Assembly (NCBI GenBank): GCA_035544615.1
Contig: DATKEA010000044.1
Span: 4,537 to 68,536 of the forward strand
Source of the DNA: Acidimicrobiia bacterium
Lineage (GTDB): Bacteria; Actinomycetota; Acidimicrobiia; Spongiisociales; ZC4RG35
Direction of reading: 5' to 3'
DNA: 64,000 bases
In this document: piece by piece, positions 37,670 to 46,852 of the stretch
How the letters are laid out: each line of letters opens with the position of its first letter
How positions within the stretch are numbered: position 1 is the first letter of the stretch
Translations under genes and position numbers: made by a program
The notes under the pieces: model-generated
Seen by the model: only the letters and a program-made list of their open reading frames with translations
The model's database searches: none
Told to the model about the DNA's origin: nothing

Positions 37670-37853
37670 GGTTTGGCATGATGAGGTTTGGCTTTCCCTG
37701 GGTCGGCTACCCCTCGACCGCAGCGTTAATCACGCAAGATGACGTCCCGGCATGGCTCCCCCACGCCTCCTGTCGTTGGGTAGGCTCTACACTACTTGCG
37801 GTGCCCGCTCTTCGAGCCGGGACACGCAAAAGAGCAAATGAAGGAGAGACCTT

Positions 37854-39611
37854 TTGAGACAACGACCATCGCGATGGCGCGTGGTGCCCTTGATGTTGGT
37901 GCTGGCGCTGATAGTCGCCGCCTGTGCGCAGGATGACACCACCGACACCACCACTGGTAGTGACGAAGTCACGACCACCGTTTCCGACGCCCCCGCAACC
38001 ACTGAACCGACTACCGCGCCCCCCGTCGGCGGGGGATCTGTCTCGACCTACATCGGTGAGCCGCGTTCCATCACCACCGGCAATGCCACGGAGTCGGAGG
38101 GTGCCGCGGTCATGGCCGCTCTGTACACCACGCTTGTCGGTCTCGACGACAACGGTGACCCGGAGATGCAGGCTGCCGAGTCGGTGGAGACCAACGACGG
38201 CGGCGCCACGTGGGTGGTCACCATCAAGGACGGTTGGACGTTCCACGATGGCACCCCGGTGACCGCACAGAGCTATGTCGACTCGTGGAACTACACCGCG
38301 TTGGGCCAAAACGCCCAACAGGGCGCAGGGTTCATGTCGAACATCGCCGGCTACGCCGACCTGCAGTGCGGCACAGTGGTCGAGCAGGACGAGGAAACCG
38401 GAGAGGACGTGGATGTTGCGGACTGTGAGAACCAGCCTCCGGCCGCGGAGACGTTGAGCGGTCTGACGGTTGACAGCGACACCCAGTTCACGGTCTCGTT
38501 GAGCACGCCCGAGTCGTTCTTCGCGATTCGTCTGGTGTACGACCCCTACAACCCTTACCCGGAGTCGTTCTACGACGACCCGGCGGCGTTCGGCGAGATG
38601 CCGATCGGTCAGGGGCCGTTCATGATGGCGGAGCCTTGGAGCCACAACCAGTCCATCACGCTGTCGGCGTTTCCCGAGTACGCCGGTGACAACCCGGCGC
38701 AGATCGACACGCTCGTGTTCCAGATCTTCGACGACATCGACACGGCACTCAACGAGTTGCTCGCGGGCAACCTCGACATTCATGACGGGGTCACGCCGGA
38801 GCGGGCCGCCGAGATCGAGGCTGCAGTACCCGGTTTCGGAACCGCGGAGAGCTCGTCGATCAACTTCCTGGGAATACCTTGGTACGACCCAGCGATCGGT
38901 GGCGACGAGAATCGCGACCTGCGGGCCGCTCTTTCGATGGCGATCGATCGTCAAGCGATCACCGAGGCCATCTTCGACGGGCGCCGGCAGCCTGCCTACA
39001 ACCTGTTGTCACCGGTGATCCCCGGTTTCGACGACACTGTTTGTCCCGCCTGGAGCTTTGATCCCGAGGGGGCTGCTGAGCTGTATGCACAGACCGATGG
39101 TCTGCCTGCCAGCTTCGCGTTCTGGTTCAACTCGGGAGCCGCTCACGAGGATTGGATCGAAGCAGTGACCAACCAGTGGGCGCAGAACCTCGGCATCGAC
39201 GTGACCGGTGTTCAGTTCGAGTCCCTGGACTTTGCAGACTATTTGCAGCGTCTCGAGGATCGGCAGGTCAGTGGACCGTTCCGTTTGGGTTGGGGCATGG
39301 ACTACCCGCATCCGCAGAACTATCTGCAGCTGATCCTGGACAGCAGGTTCGGTGGTGATGCCGGAGGGGCCAACTACGGCTATTACTCAAACCCCGACTT
39401 CGATGCCAAGGTGGATGAGGCTCTAGGGGTCTTCGACCTCAATGAGTCGCTGCCCGTGTGGCAGGAGGCGGCGACGATTGCTTGTGAGGACGTGGCATTG
39501 ATCCCGATGTTCTACGGGCAGTATGACTATGCCTGGAACGACACGGTCAGCAACGTGTCGGTGGACCAGTTCGGCAACCCCAGGTGGACCGATCTAGTCG
39601 CGACCGGTTGA
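37854..39611 (+). CDS. ABC transporter substrate-binding lipoprotein, family 5 (peptide/nickel type)
   Basis: 585 aa. TTG start with AAGGAGAG 5 nt upstream. Lipobox LIVAAC and a Thr-rich linker. Followed by two permeases and two ATPases. Confidence 0.8.
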   Translation: MRQRPSRWRVVPLMLVLALIVAACAQDDTTDTTTGSDEVTTTVSDAPATTEPTTAPPVGGGSVSTYIGEPRSITTGNATESEGAAVMAALYTTLVGLDDNGDPEMQAAESVETNDGGATWVVTIKDGWTFHDGTPVTAQSYVDSWNYTALGQNAQQGAGFMSNIAGYADLQCGTVVEQDEETGEDVDVADCENQPPAAETLSGLTVDSDTQFTVSLSTPESFFAIRLVYDPYNPYPESFYDDPAAFGEMPIGQGPFMMAEPWSHNQSITLSAFPEYAGDNPAQIDTLVFQIFDDIDTALNELLAGNLDIHDGVTPERAAEIEAAVPGFGTAESSSINFLGIPWYDPAIGGDENRDLRAALSMAIDRQAITEAIFDGRRQPAYNLLSPVIPGFDDTVCPAWSFDPEGAAELYAQTDGLPASFAFWFNSGAAHEDWIEAVTNQWAQNLGIDVTGVQFESLDFADYLQRLEDRQVSGPFRLGWGMDYPHPQNYLQLILDSRFGGDAGGANYGYYSNPDFDAKVDEALGVFDLNESLPVWQEAATIACEDVALIPMFYGQYDYAWNDTVSNVSVDQFGNPRWTDLVATG

Positions 39612-39617
39612 TCGAGC

Positions 39618-39658
39618 GTCGGGTTGGGGAGACGGCATTGTCGTCTCCCCAACCCGAC
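39618..39658 (+). promoter_or_regulatory. perfect 17-bp stem / 7-nt loop intercistronic hairpin between the SBP and permease genes
   Basis: gtcgggttggggagacg-gcattgt-cgtctccccaacccgac read directly. It starts 7 nt after the SBP stop. Confidence 0.8.
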
Positions 39659-39686
39659 CTCGCCTCGGCAAGGAGAGGCTGACCTA

Positions 39687-40610
39687 ATGGGACGGTATAT
39701 GATCCGGAGGCTGCTTCAGTTCATCCCCGTCTTTTTGGGCGCAACCTTCTTGATCTTCGCCCTTGTTTTCTTGATCCCCGGAGATCCGATCCGGGCTCTT
39801 TCCGGCGACAAGCCGATGCCACCGTCCGTGCATGCCGCGTTGGAGGAGCGATACAACCTGAACAAGCCGTTCTGGCAGCAGTACACGCTTTACGTGACCG
39901 GTGTCGTCCAGGGTGATTTCGGAGAGGATTTTCGGGGTCGTCAGGTGGTCGACATCATGAGGGAACGGATCCCGGTCACGTTCAAGCTTGCCATGTACGC
40001 CTTCGCCTTTGAGATTGTCATTGGTCTCACCGCCGGGGTCATGGCCGGTCTGCGCAAGGGCGGCTTCGTGGACAATCTGGTTCGTGTGTCCACCCTGGTG
40101 GTCATCTCCATCCCCATCTTCGTGCTGGGTTTCATGGCCCAGCTACTGATAGGTGTCAGGCTTGGCTGGCTCCCGGTGTCCGGCCTCGGCGCCGGTACCA
40201 GCAGCTTCATAATGCCCGCAATCGTGCTCGGCTCGCTCTCTTTGGCCTATATAGCCCGCCTGACCAGAACCAGCCTCGCTGAGAACATGCGTGCCGACTA
40301 CGTGCGGACGGCCACGGCGAAAGGCCTGAAACGCAGCCGGGTGGTCGGAGTCCACGCGATGCGGAACTCGATGATCCCGGTGATCACATTTCTCGGTGTC
40401 GATCTGGGAGCGCTAATGGGCGGTGCCATCATCACCGAGGGCATCTTCAACCTTCCCGGGCTGGGCAATGCGGTATTCACGGCGGTGACCAGACAGGAAG
40501 GCACCGTGGTGGTGGGAATCGTCACTTTCCTGGTTCTCCTGTTCTTGTTGTCGAACCTGATCGTGGATGTGCTCTACGCGGTTTTGGACCCCCGGATCAG
40601 ATATGAGTGA
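39687..40610 (+). CDS. ABC transporter permease (DppB/OppB-like)
   Basis: ATG at 39687 with AGGAGAG upstream. MGRYMIRRLLQFIPVFLGATFLIF is the typical family start, and the EAA-like loop ARTATAKGL is present. Confidence 0.85.
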   Translation: MGRYMIRRLLQFIPVFLGATFLIFALVFLIPGDPIRALSGDKPMPPSVHAALEERYNLNKPFWQQYTLYVTGVVQGDFGEDFRGRQVVDIMRERIPVTFKLAMYAFAFEIVIGLTAGVMAGLRKGGFVDNLVRVSTLVVISIPIFVLGFMAQLLIGVRLGWLPVSGLGAGTSSFIMPAIVLGSLSLAYIARLTRTSLAENMRADYVRTATAKGLKRSRVVGVHAMRNSMIPVITFLGVDLGALMGGAIITEGIFNLPGLGNAVFTAVTRQEGTVVVGIVTFLVLLFLLSNLIVDVLYAVLDPRIRYE

Positions 40611-41556
40611 TCTTCGGCGTCCGGAGCAGGTGGCCGAGCCCGACACCGAGTTCGCCGGCCATACCGAGGTAGCCGAAGAGTTGGTCGAGCCGCCTCAGGC
40701 CGATCCGGCCGGTACCACGAGTCTCTGGTCCGACGCCTGGAGAGAGCTGCGCTCCAGCCCGCTCTTTCTTGCTTCGCTCGCACTCGTGGTCCTGTTCGGC
40801 CTGATGGCCGCCGCCCCCCAGCTGTTCACATCGGCCGATCCTCGTAGTTGCGTCCTTAGCAACTCGTTGCAGAGGCCAAGCGCCGAGCATTGGTTCGGGT
40901 TCGACCTACAGGGATGCGACTATTACGCCCGCACCGTCTACGGGGCCCGAATTTCAATGTCGATCGGAGTCACGGTGATCGCCTTCGCCGCCTTCGTCGC
41001 CATCGTCCTGGGCAGCATCGCGGGCTATTTCGGGGGAGTGCTCGACGCGGTGATCGCGCGAATCACCGACATCTGGTTTGCCATCCCCACCATCCTCGGG
41101 GGGATCGTCATCCTCAGCCTTCTCGGCAATCGAGGGTTCTTCCAGGTGTCCTTGGTCTTGGTGATCCTGGGGTGGCCTACGATGCTCCGGCTCTACCGGT
41201 CTTCGGTGCTTTCGGTCAAAGAGATGGACTATGTCGAAGCGGCTCGAGCCCTGGGCGCCAGCGACTTTCGCATTCTGACCAAACACATCCTCCCCAACGC
41301 GATCACGCCAGTGATCATCTATGGCGCCATCTCGATCGGGGTCATTATCTCCGCGGAAGCCGCCCTCTCTTTTCTTGGTGTGGGGCTCCAGCTTCCCGCC
41401 ATCTCTTGGGGTCTCATGATCTCCGGGGCGCAGACCCGCATCCTCCAGGCGCCGCATCTTCTCCTGTTCCCCGGGCTCTTTCTCAGCCTTGCCGTTTTCG
41501 GGTTCATCCTGATGGGAGACGCCCTCCGAGACGCGTTGGACCCGAAGGGCAGGTGA
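40603..41556 (+). CDS. ABC transporter permease (DppC/OppC-like)
   Basis: ATG at 40603 overlaps the upstream stop by 8 nt. HWFGFDLQGCDYYAR and YVEAARALGAS motifs. Confidence 0.85.
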   Translation: MSDLRRPEQVAEPDTEFAGHTEVAEELVEPPQADPAGTTSLWSDAWRELRSSPLFLASLALVVLFGLMAAAPQLFTSADPRSCVLSNSLQRPSAEHWFGFDLQGCDYYARTVYGARISMSIGVTVIAFAAFVAIVLGSIAGYFGGVLDAVIARITDIWFAIPTILGGIVILSLLGNRGFFQVSLVLVILGWPTMLRLYRSSVLSVKEMDYVEAARALGASDFRILTKHILPNAITPVIIYGAISIGVIISAEAALSFLGVGLQLPAISWGLMISGAQTRILQAPHLLLFPGLFLSLAVFGFILMGDALRDALDPKGR

Positions 41557-42608
41557 AGCGGGTGGTGACGGATGCCGGCCCCGCGGCCAGGGAGAGTGTT
41601 GAAGGGGTTGACTTCGATCCCAATGCCCCGCTCCTCGAGGTCACCGACCTCCATGTCGAGTTCCGGACCAGGGCAGGAGTGGTCAAGGCCAACGACGGGG
41701 TGAGCTATCAGCTGGGCAAAGGCGAGACGATGGCGATCGTGGGAGAGTCGGGCTCGGGGAAGACGGTGAGCGCCCAGGCAGTGATGGGGATCATCGACAC
41801 TCCTCCGGGATATGTCACCAATGGGTCGGCAAGATTCCGGGGGGTGGACCTGTTCCAGCTACCGGAGAGCGAACGGCGGGGTTTCCGGGGGGAGAAGATG
41901 GCGATGATCTTCCAGGACGCGCTGTCCGCGTTGAACCCCGTGTTCCGGGTTGGCTGGCAAATCGCCGAGATGTACCGCCAGCATCGGGGGGCCTCCAAGT
42001 CCGAGGCTCGGCAAAAGTCGATCGAACTGTTGGACAGGGTCAAGATCCCAGGGGCCAAAGAGCGGTTCGACTCCTACCCCCACGAGTTCTCCGGTGGGAT
42101 GAGACAACGTGCCATGATCGCTATGGCACTTGCCCTCGACCCCGAAGTTCTCATCGCCGACGAGCCGACCACCGCACTCGACGTCACAGTCCAAGCCCAA
42201 ATCATGAAGCTGTTGGCCGATCTCCAAGCCGAGACCGGTATGGGGATGATCCTGATCACCCACGACCTGGCGGTCGTGGCCGAGGTGACAGACCGGGCGG
42301 CCGTCATGTACGCAGGGCGGATAGTCGAGGAGGGGACTACCCGACAGCTGTTCAAAGGCCCCCTGCACCCCTACACCCTGGGTTTGATGAACTCTATCGC
42401 CACCCCGGAACAGAAGGGGACCAGCTTGATACCAATCCCGGGATCGCCGCCGGACCTGCTTCACCTCCCCACCGGGTGCCCCTTTCACCCTCGTTGCATC
42501 TACGCCCAGGCCGTCTGTGCCGAAGTGCGACCACCGCTCCGCGATCTTGGCGACCACAGAACGTCGGCGTGTCATTTTGCCGAGGAGGTGGCAGAAGTTG
42601 GCCGCTGA
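41553..42608 (+). CDS. ABC transporter ATP-binding protein (DppD/OppD-like)
   Basis: GTG at 41553 (GTGA overlap). Walker A GESGSGKT, signature FSGGMRQR, Walker B LIADEPTTALD and a C-terminal oligopeptide-type Cys motif. Confidence 0.85.
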   Translation: MKRVVTDAGPAARESVEGVDFDPNAPLLEVTDLHVEFRTRAGVVKANDGVSYQLGKGETMAIVGESGSGKTVSAQAVMGIIDTPPGYVTNGSARFRGVDLFQLPESERRGFRGEKMAMIFQDALSALNPVFRVGWQIAEMYRQHRGASKSEARQKSIELLDRVKIPGAKERFDSYPHEFSGGMRQRAMIAMALALDPEVLIADEPTTALDVTVQAQIMKLLADLQAETGMGMILITHDLAVVAEVTDRAAVMYAGRIVEEGTTRQLFKGPLHPYTLGLMNSIATPEQKGTSLIPIPGSPPDLLHLPTGCPFHPRCIYAQAVCAEVRPPLRDLGDHRTSACHFAEEVAEVGR

Positions 42609-43641
42609 TCACGTCGCGGAGCCACTACTCAAGGTGGAGGGGCTGGTCAAGCACTTTCCCATCCTCCAAGGCATCCTCTTCAAGAGGCAGGTCGGCACAA
42701 TTAAGGCCGTTGACGGCGTCAACTTCGAGCTCTACCCCCGGGAGACACTGGGACTGGTGGGCGAGTCGGGTTGTGGCAAGTCGACCGTGGCCAAGACCAT
42801 CCTCCGTCTCGAGCAGCCAACGGCCGGAGCCGCCTATTTCGAAGGCCGCAACATCTTCGAAATGGACAAGAGAGAGATGCGACGGCTCCGCCGGGAAATT
42901 CAGATCATCTTCCAGGACCCCTACTCCTCCCTCAATCCACGGATGACCGTGGCTGACATCGTTGCCGAACCATGGGAGATCCACAAGGGGGAAGGGCCTA
43001 AGAACCAACAGCGACAAAGAGTGGAGAACCTGTTGGAGCTGGTCGGGCTCAATCCCGACCACATCAACCGGTTCCCCCACCAGTTTTCAGGTGGTCAACG
43101 TCAGCGCATCGGTGTCGCACGGGCCTTGGCGCTCAACCCCAAAGTCATAATCTGTGACGAGCCGGTGTCGGCACTCGACGTGTCGGTTCAGGCCCAGGTG
43201 GTCAATCTCCTCGAAGCGCTCCAGGATGAGTTGAACCTGGCCTACGTATTCATCGCCCACGACCTCTCGATTGTCCGGCACATCTCTGACCGGGTCGCCG
43301 TTATGTACCTGGGTCGGGTGGTCGAGACCGGCACCGAGCACGACATCTACGACATTCCCACCCATCCCTACACACAAGCGCTGTTGGCAGCGGTTCCGGT
43401 CCCCAACCCTGACCGAGCCGGGACCAAGCGGGTGATCCTCGAAGGCGACGTGCCTAGCCCGGCGAACCCGCCATCGGGCTGCTCATTCCGCACCCGGTGC
43501 TGGAAGGCCCAGGACATATGTGCCCAAGAGGTCCCCGAGCTTGTCGACAGATTCGACCACGGTCACCCCTCTGCATGCTATTTCGCTGACACCAAAGTCG
43601 GGGCGGTCGTGGGCGCCTCCGATGAAGCAGAAACCGAATAG
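42598..43641 (+). CDS. ABC transporter ATP-binding protein (DppF/OppF-like)
   Basis: TTG at 42598 with GAGGAGG 8 nt upstream. [17 protein letters not shown] and [11 protein letters not shown]. Confidence 0.8.
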   Translation: MAADHVAEPLLKVEGLVKHFPILQGILFKRQVGTIKAVDGVNFELYPRETLGLVGESGCGKSTVAKTILRLEQPTAGAAYFEGRNIFEMDKREMRRLRREIQIIFQDPYSSLNPRMTVADIVAEPWEIHKGEGPKNQQRQRVENLLELVGLNPDHINRFPHQFSGGQRQRIGVARALALNPKVIICDEPVSALDVSVQAQVVNLLEALQDELNLAYVFIAHDLSIVRHISDRVAVMYLGRVVETGTEHDIYDIPTHPYTQALLAAVPVPNPDRAGTKRVILEGDVPSPANPPSGCSFRTRCWKAQDICAQEVPELVDRFDHGHPSACYFADTKVGAVVGASDEAETE

Positions 43642-43696
43642 CCCGACCGCCCGAAGGGGTTCTGGAGATGATTCACCCGGGCCAAGTCGTCGCATA

Positions 43697-45628
43697 TCAA
43701 AGGGGCGTGATGCCTTCGAGACTTCCCGGGTTCTCCAGACTGGTCAGGTCCCCAGGCTCCTGCCCCAAGGCCATCGCCTTGACCACCCGCCTCATGATCT
43801 TCGCCGACCTCGTCTTCGGTAGGTCATCGACCCATTGGATCCTTTTCGGTCGGAACGCCTTCCCCAGGGTGCTGGTCACCGCGCTCTCGACTCTGGCAGT
43901 CAGCGCGTCATCTGGATCGATGTCTGGTGCGGCCACCACGAACAGGGCAATAACCTCGCCCTTCACCTCGTCGGGGATTCCTACGGCAGCAGCCATGACA
44001 ACCTCGGGGAGCGCTACGGCCACCGACTCGATCTCGGTCGGGCCAATCCGCTTCCCGGCGATATTTAGAGTGTCGTCGGACCTCCCGTGGAGGTACCAGA
44101 AACCGTCATCATCGATCGAAGCCCAGTCACCGTGGACCCAAGTGTTGGGAAAGCGGGCCCAATAGGTCTCCAGGTAGCGATCGGGCTCCTTCCAGAAGCC
44201 TCGTGTCATGCCCGGCCATGAGCCCCGTATTACCAACTCACCCACCTCACCCCGCACCGGGTGTCCGTCTGGGTCATAGACGTCTGCGTCGAGTCCGAAC
44301 GATGGTGAACCCAGTGATGTCGGCTTCAGCCCTTGGAGCAAGTTGACGCCGATGATGACGGCCCCGATCTCGGTCCCGCCCGATATGTTGACGATGGGGC
44401 GGATGCGCTCGCCGACCTCTTCGAACAGCCACCACCACGGATCCGGATTCCAGGGCTCACCTGTCGACCCGAATGTCCGCAGAGTCGACAGGTCGTGTTT
44501 GCGAGCCTGTTCGGCGCCGTGGGGCTGCAGGGCGCGGATGAGAGTGGGTGAGATTCCGAGGAAGGTCACTCCCAGGTCCGCCACCACCTGCCAGAGTCGG
44601 TCCGGTCCCGGGTAGTCGGGTGCTCCGTCATAGGTGGCGAGGGCGGAGCCGTTGGCCAGACCTGCCACCACCATCCAGGGCCCCATGATCCAGCCCATAT
44701 CGGTGGCCCACATCAATACGTCGTCTTCTTTGACCTCGGCGTGAAACGCCCCTTCGGCGGCGAGTTTGACCGTCAGCCCCGCCTGGACGTGGACCGCTCC
44801 CTTGGGGCGACCGGTCGTGCCGGAGGTGTAAGCGATCAGCACCGGATCCTCGGTGCTGGTCGACAGCGGCTCCAACGGCTCCGATCGGGGGACGATGTCG
44901 TGCCACCAGTGGTCACGTACTTCGATCATCGGAGTCGACTCACGAGGGATGTAGTCGACGACGAGCAGATGGTCGAGGTTCCCGGCTGCACTTGCCGCCT
45001 GATCCGCCACCTCCTTCGCCTCCACCAGCGTCCCACGTCGTTGGAATCCGTTGGCACAGATCAAGACCTTTGGCTTCGGGTCTTCCAGTCGGGTGGCGAC
45101 CGCTTCTGCGCCATATCCCGAGAACACGGGGATGAAAACGGCGCCGATGCGGGCCACGGCCAGCAATGAGACGACGGCCTCCTGGCCCATCGGGAGAAAG
45201 ACCGCCACCGCATCACCCCGCTCGACACCCAGGGACCGGAGTGCCCCCGCAAGCCGGCTTACCTCGTCTCTGAGCTCCCCGAAGGACAGCTCGCGAGTCT
45301 CTCCGGACTCCTTCTGACTGCGCAACGCCGTCCGATCGGGGTCGTCCTCCGCCCAGCGGTCGACACATGCCCGGCTCAGGTTGAACGAGCCACCGACGAA
45401 CCAGGTTGCCCAGGCATGCCCGCGGGAGGTGTCGCGCACCGCCCGCCACGGCCGGTCGAAGGGAAGTCCGAGAAATTCCACCACGGCCTCCCAGAACCAT
45501 TCCGGGTCCTGGGCCGACCGGCGGCTCAACTCCTCGACACTGCCGATCCGGTGGGCCTTCATGAAGGCTGCGGTGTTGGTTGTTGCGGCGCGCTCCTCCG
45601 ACGGGCGCCAGACGACTTCGAAACTCAT
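43697..45628 (-). CDS. AMP-forming acyl-CoA synthetase of the acetate/acetoacetate-CoA ligase family
   Basis: ATG at 45628 with GAGGAGAG upstream. N-terminal DPEWFWEAV, AMP motif YTSGTTGRPKG, plus GDWASIDDDGFWYLHGRSDD and KIMRR. Confidence 0.8.
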   Translation of the reverse strand: MSFEVVWRPSEERAATTNTAAFMKAHRIGSVEELSRRSAQDPEWFWEAVVEFLGLPFDRPWRAVRDTSRGHAWATWFVGGSFNLSRACVDRWAEDDPDRTALRSQKESGETRELSFGELRDEVSRLAGALRSLGVERGDAVAVFLPMGQEAVVSLLAVARIGAVFIPVFSGYGAEAVATRLEDPKPKVLICANGFQRRGTLVEAKEVADQAASAAGNLDHLLVVDYIPRESTPMIEVRDHWWHDIVPRSEPLEPLSTSTEDPVLIAYTSGTTGRPKGAVHVQAGLTVKLAAEGAFHAEVKEDDVLMWATDMGWIMGPWMVVAGLANGSALATYDGAPDYPGPDRLWQVVADLGVTFLGISPTLIRALQPHGAEQARKHDLSTLRTFGSTGEPWNPDPWWWLFEEVGERIRPIVNISGGTEIGAVIIGVNLLQGLKPTSLGSPSFGLDADVYDPDGHPVRGEVGELVIRGSWPGMTRGFWKEPDRYLETYWARFPNTWVHGDWASIDDDGFWYLHGRSDDTLNIAGKRIGPTEIESVAVALPEVVMAAAVGIPDEVKGEVIALFVVAAPDIDPDDALTARVESAVTSTLGKAFRPKRIQWVDDLPKTRSAKIMRRVVKAMALGQEPGDLTSLENPGSLEGITPL

Positions 45629-45702
45629 CACTCTCCTCGGGCTGGTAGTGGAGGCTAGAAGGACGCACGCTCCTGGGCGTCGCGGCTTTAGGCTCATTCA
45701 TC

Positions 45703-46791
45703 ATGACAAAGGCTTCCGACCGACAGAACAACCAACTCTTCCGTCGCCGAACCTTCATCGTGGTGGGGGTGCTCGTCGCCTCCGCTGCCGCCGTCTATCT
45801 GGTCTTCCGCATCCGCAATCTGGTGTTCATCATCTTCGTGGCGGTGTTCATGGCAGTCGCCATGGAGCCGCCTGTTCACTACCTCGCCAAGCGGGGATGG
45901 AGGAGGGGACCGGCCACCGCCTTGGTCTTCGTCGTTGCATTCGCCCTTATGGTGGGTTTTTTCGTCTCGTTGGCCCCCCTACTCGTCGACCAGATCAATG
46001 CTCTCATCGATGCCTTGCCCGGCTACATCGGATCGGTGGCCCAGCTGGCTCAGGACTGGTTCGGCATCGAACTCTCGACCGAGACGCTGCAGCAGGAGGC
46101 CGCAGGTCTGCCCGACATCGTGGCAAATGCCGGTGGCACAGTTCTCGGCGGGCTGCTCAACGTGACGGAAGGTGTTGCCGGATTCCTGTTCTTTGCCACG
46201 ACCGTGGCTCTGTTCTCTTTCTACATTGTGGCCGAGCTTCCCCAGTTGCAGAGGACGATTCTCTCGACGATGCCACCGGAGCGACAGCGTGACGCACTCC
46301 ATGTCTGGGACGTCGCCGTGGAGAAGATGGGGGGGTACATCTACTCGAGACTGATCCTCGCCCTGGTCAGCGCGACGCTGTCATCGATCTTTCTCTCGGT
46401 GCTGGGTGTTCCTTATGCGGTGCCACTGGGGATCTGGGTTGGCGTCCTCAGCCAGCTCATCCCGGTGATCGGCACCTACCTGGCGGCGATCCTGCCGGCC
46501 GTCGTCGCCCTGTCGGCGGAGGGGGTTGGCACGATGGTATGGGTGCTTGTGGGCTTTGTGGGCTATCAGCAAGTGGAGAACTTTCTGATAGCACCTCGAA
46601 TCACCAAGCGGACCATGGAAATCCATCCAGCCGTCTCGATCGGGGCAATCATCATCGGGTCGACGCTCCTCGGTCCGATCGGTGTGATACTCGCCCTTCC
46701 CATGACCGGGGTCATCCAGGCGCTCATCTCCGAGACGAGACGACGACACCACGTGATTACCGATGCCCTGAAAGTGCCGGCGGATGGCTGA
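45703..46791 (+). CDS. AI-2E family (PerM-like) transporter
   Basis: 362 aa, 7-8 TM helices. C-terminal GPIGVILALPM is typical of the family. Confidence 0.75.
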   Translation: MTKASDRQNNQLFRRRTFIVVGVLVASAAAVYLVFRIRNLVFIIFVAVFMAVAMEPPVHYLAKRGWRRGPATALVFVVAFALMVGFFVSLAPLLVDQINALIDALPGYIGSVAQLAQDWFGIELSTETLQQEAAGLPDIVANAGGTVLGGLLNVTEGVAGFLFFATTVALFSFYIVAELPQLQRTILSTMPPERQRDALHVWDVAVEKMGGYIYSRLILALVSATLSSIFLSVLGVPYAVPLGIWVGVLSQLIPVIGTYLAAILPAVVALSAEGVGTMVWVLVGFVGYQQVENFLIAPRITKRTMEIHPAVSIGAIIIGSTLLGPIGVILALPMTGVIQALISETRRRHHVITDALKVPADG

Positions 46792-46852
46792 AGGCCAGTT
46801 CCTCCGAAGGACTTGCCGCAACGTGTCTCCCCAGGTGATCCATAATCCTCGG

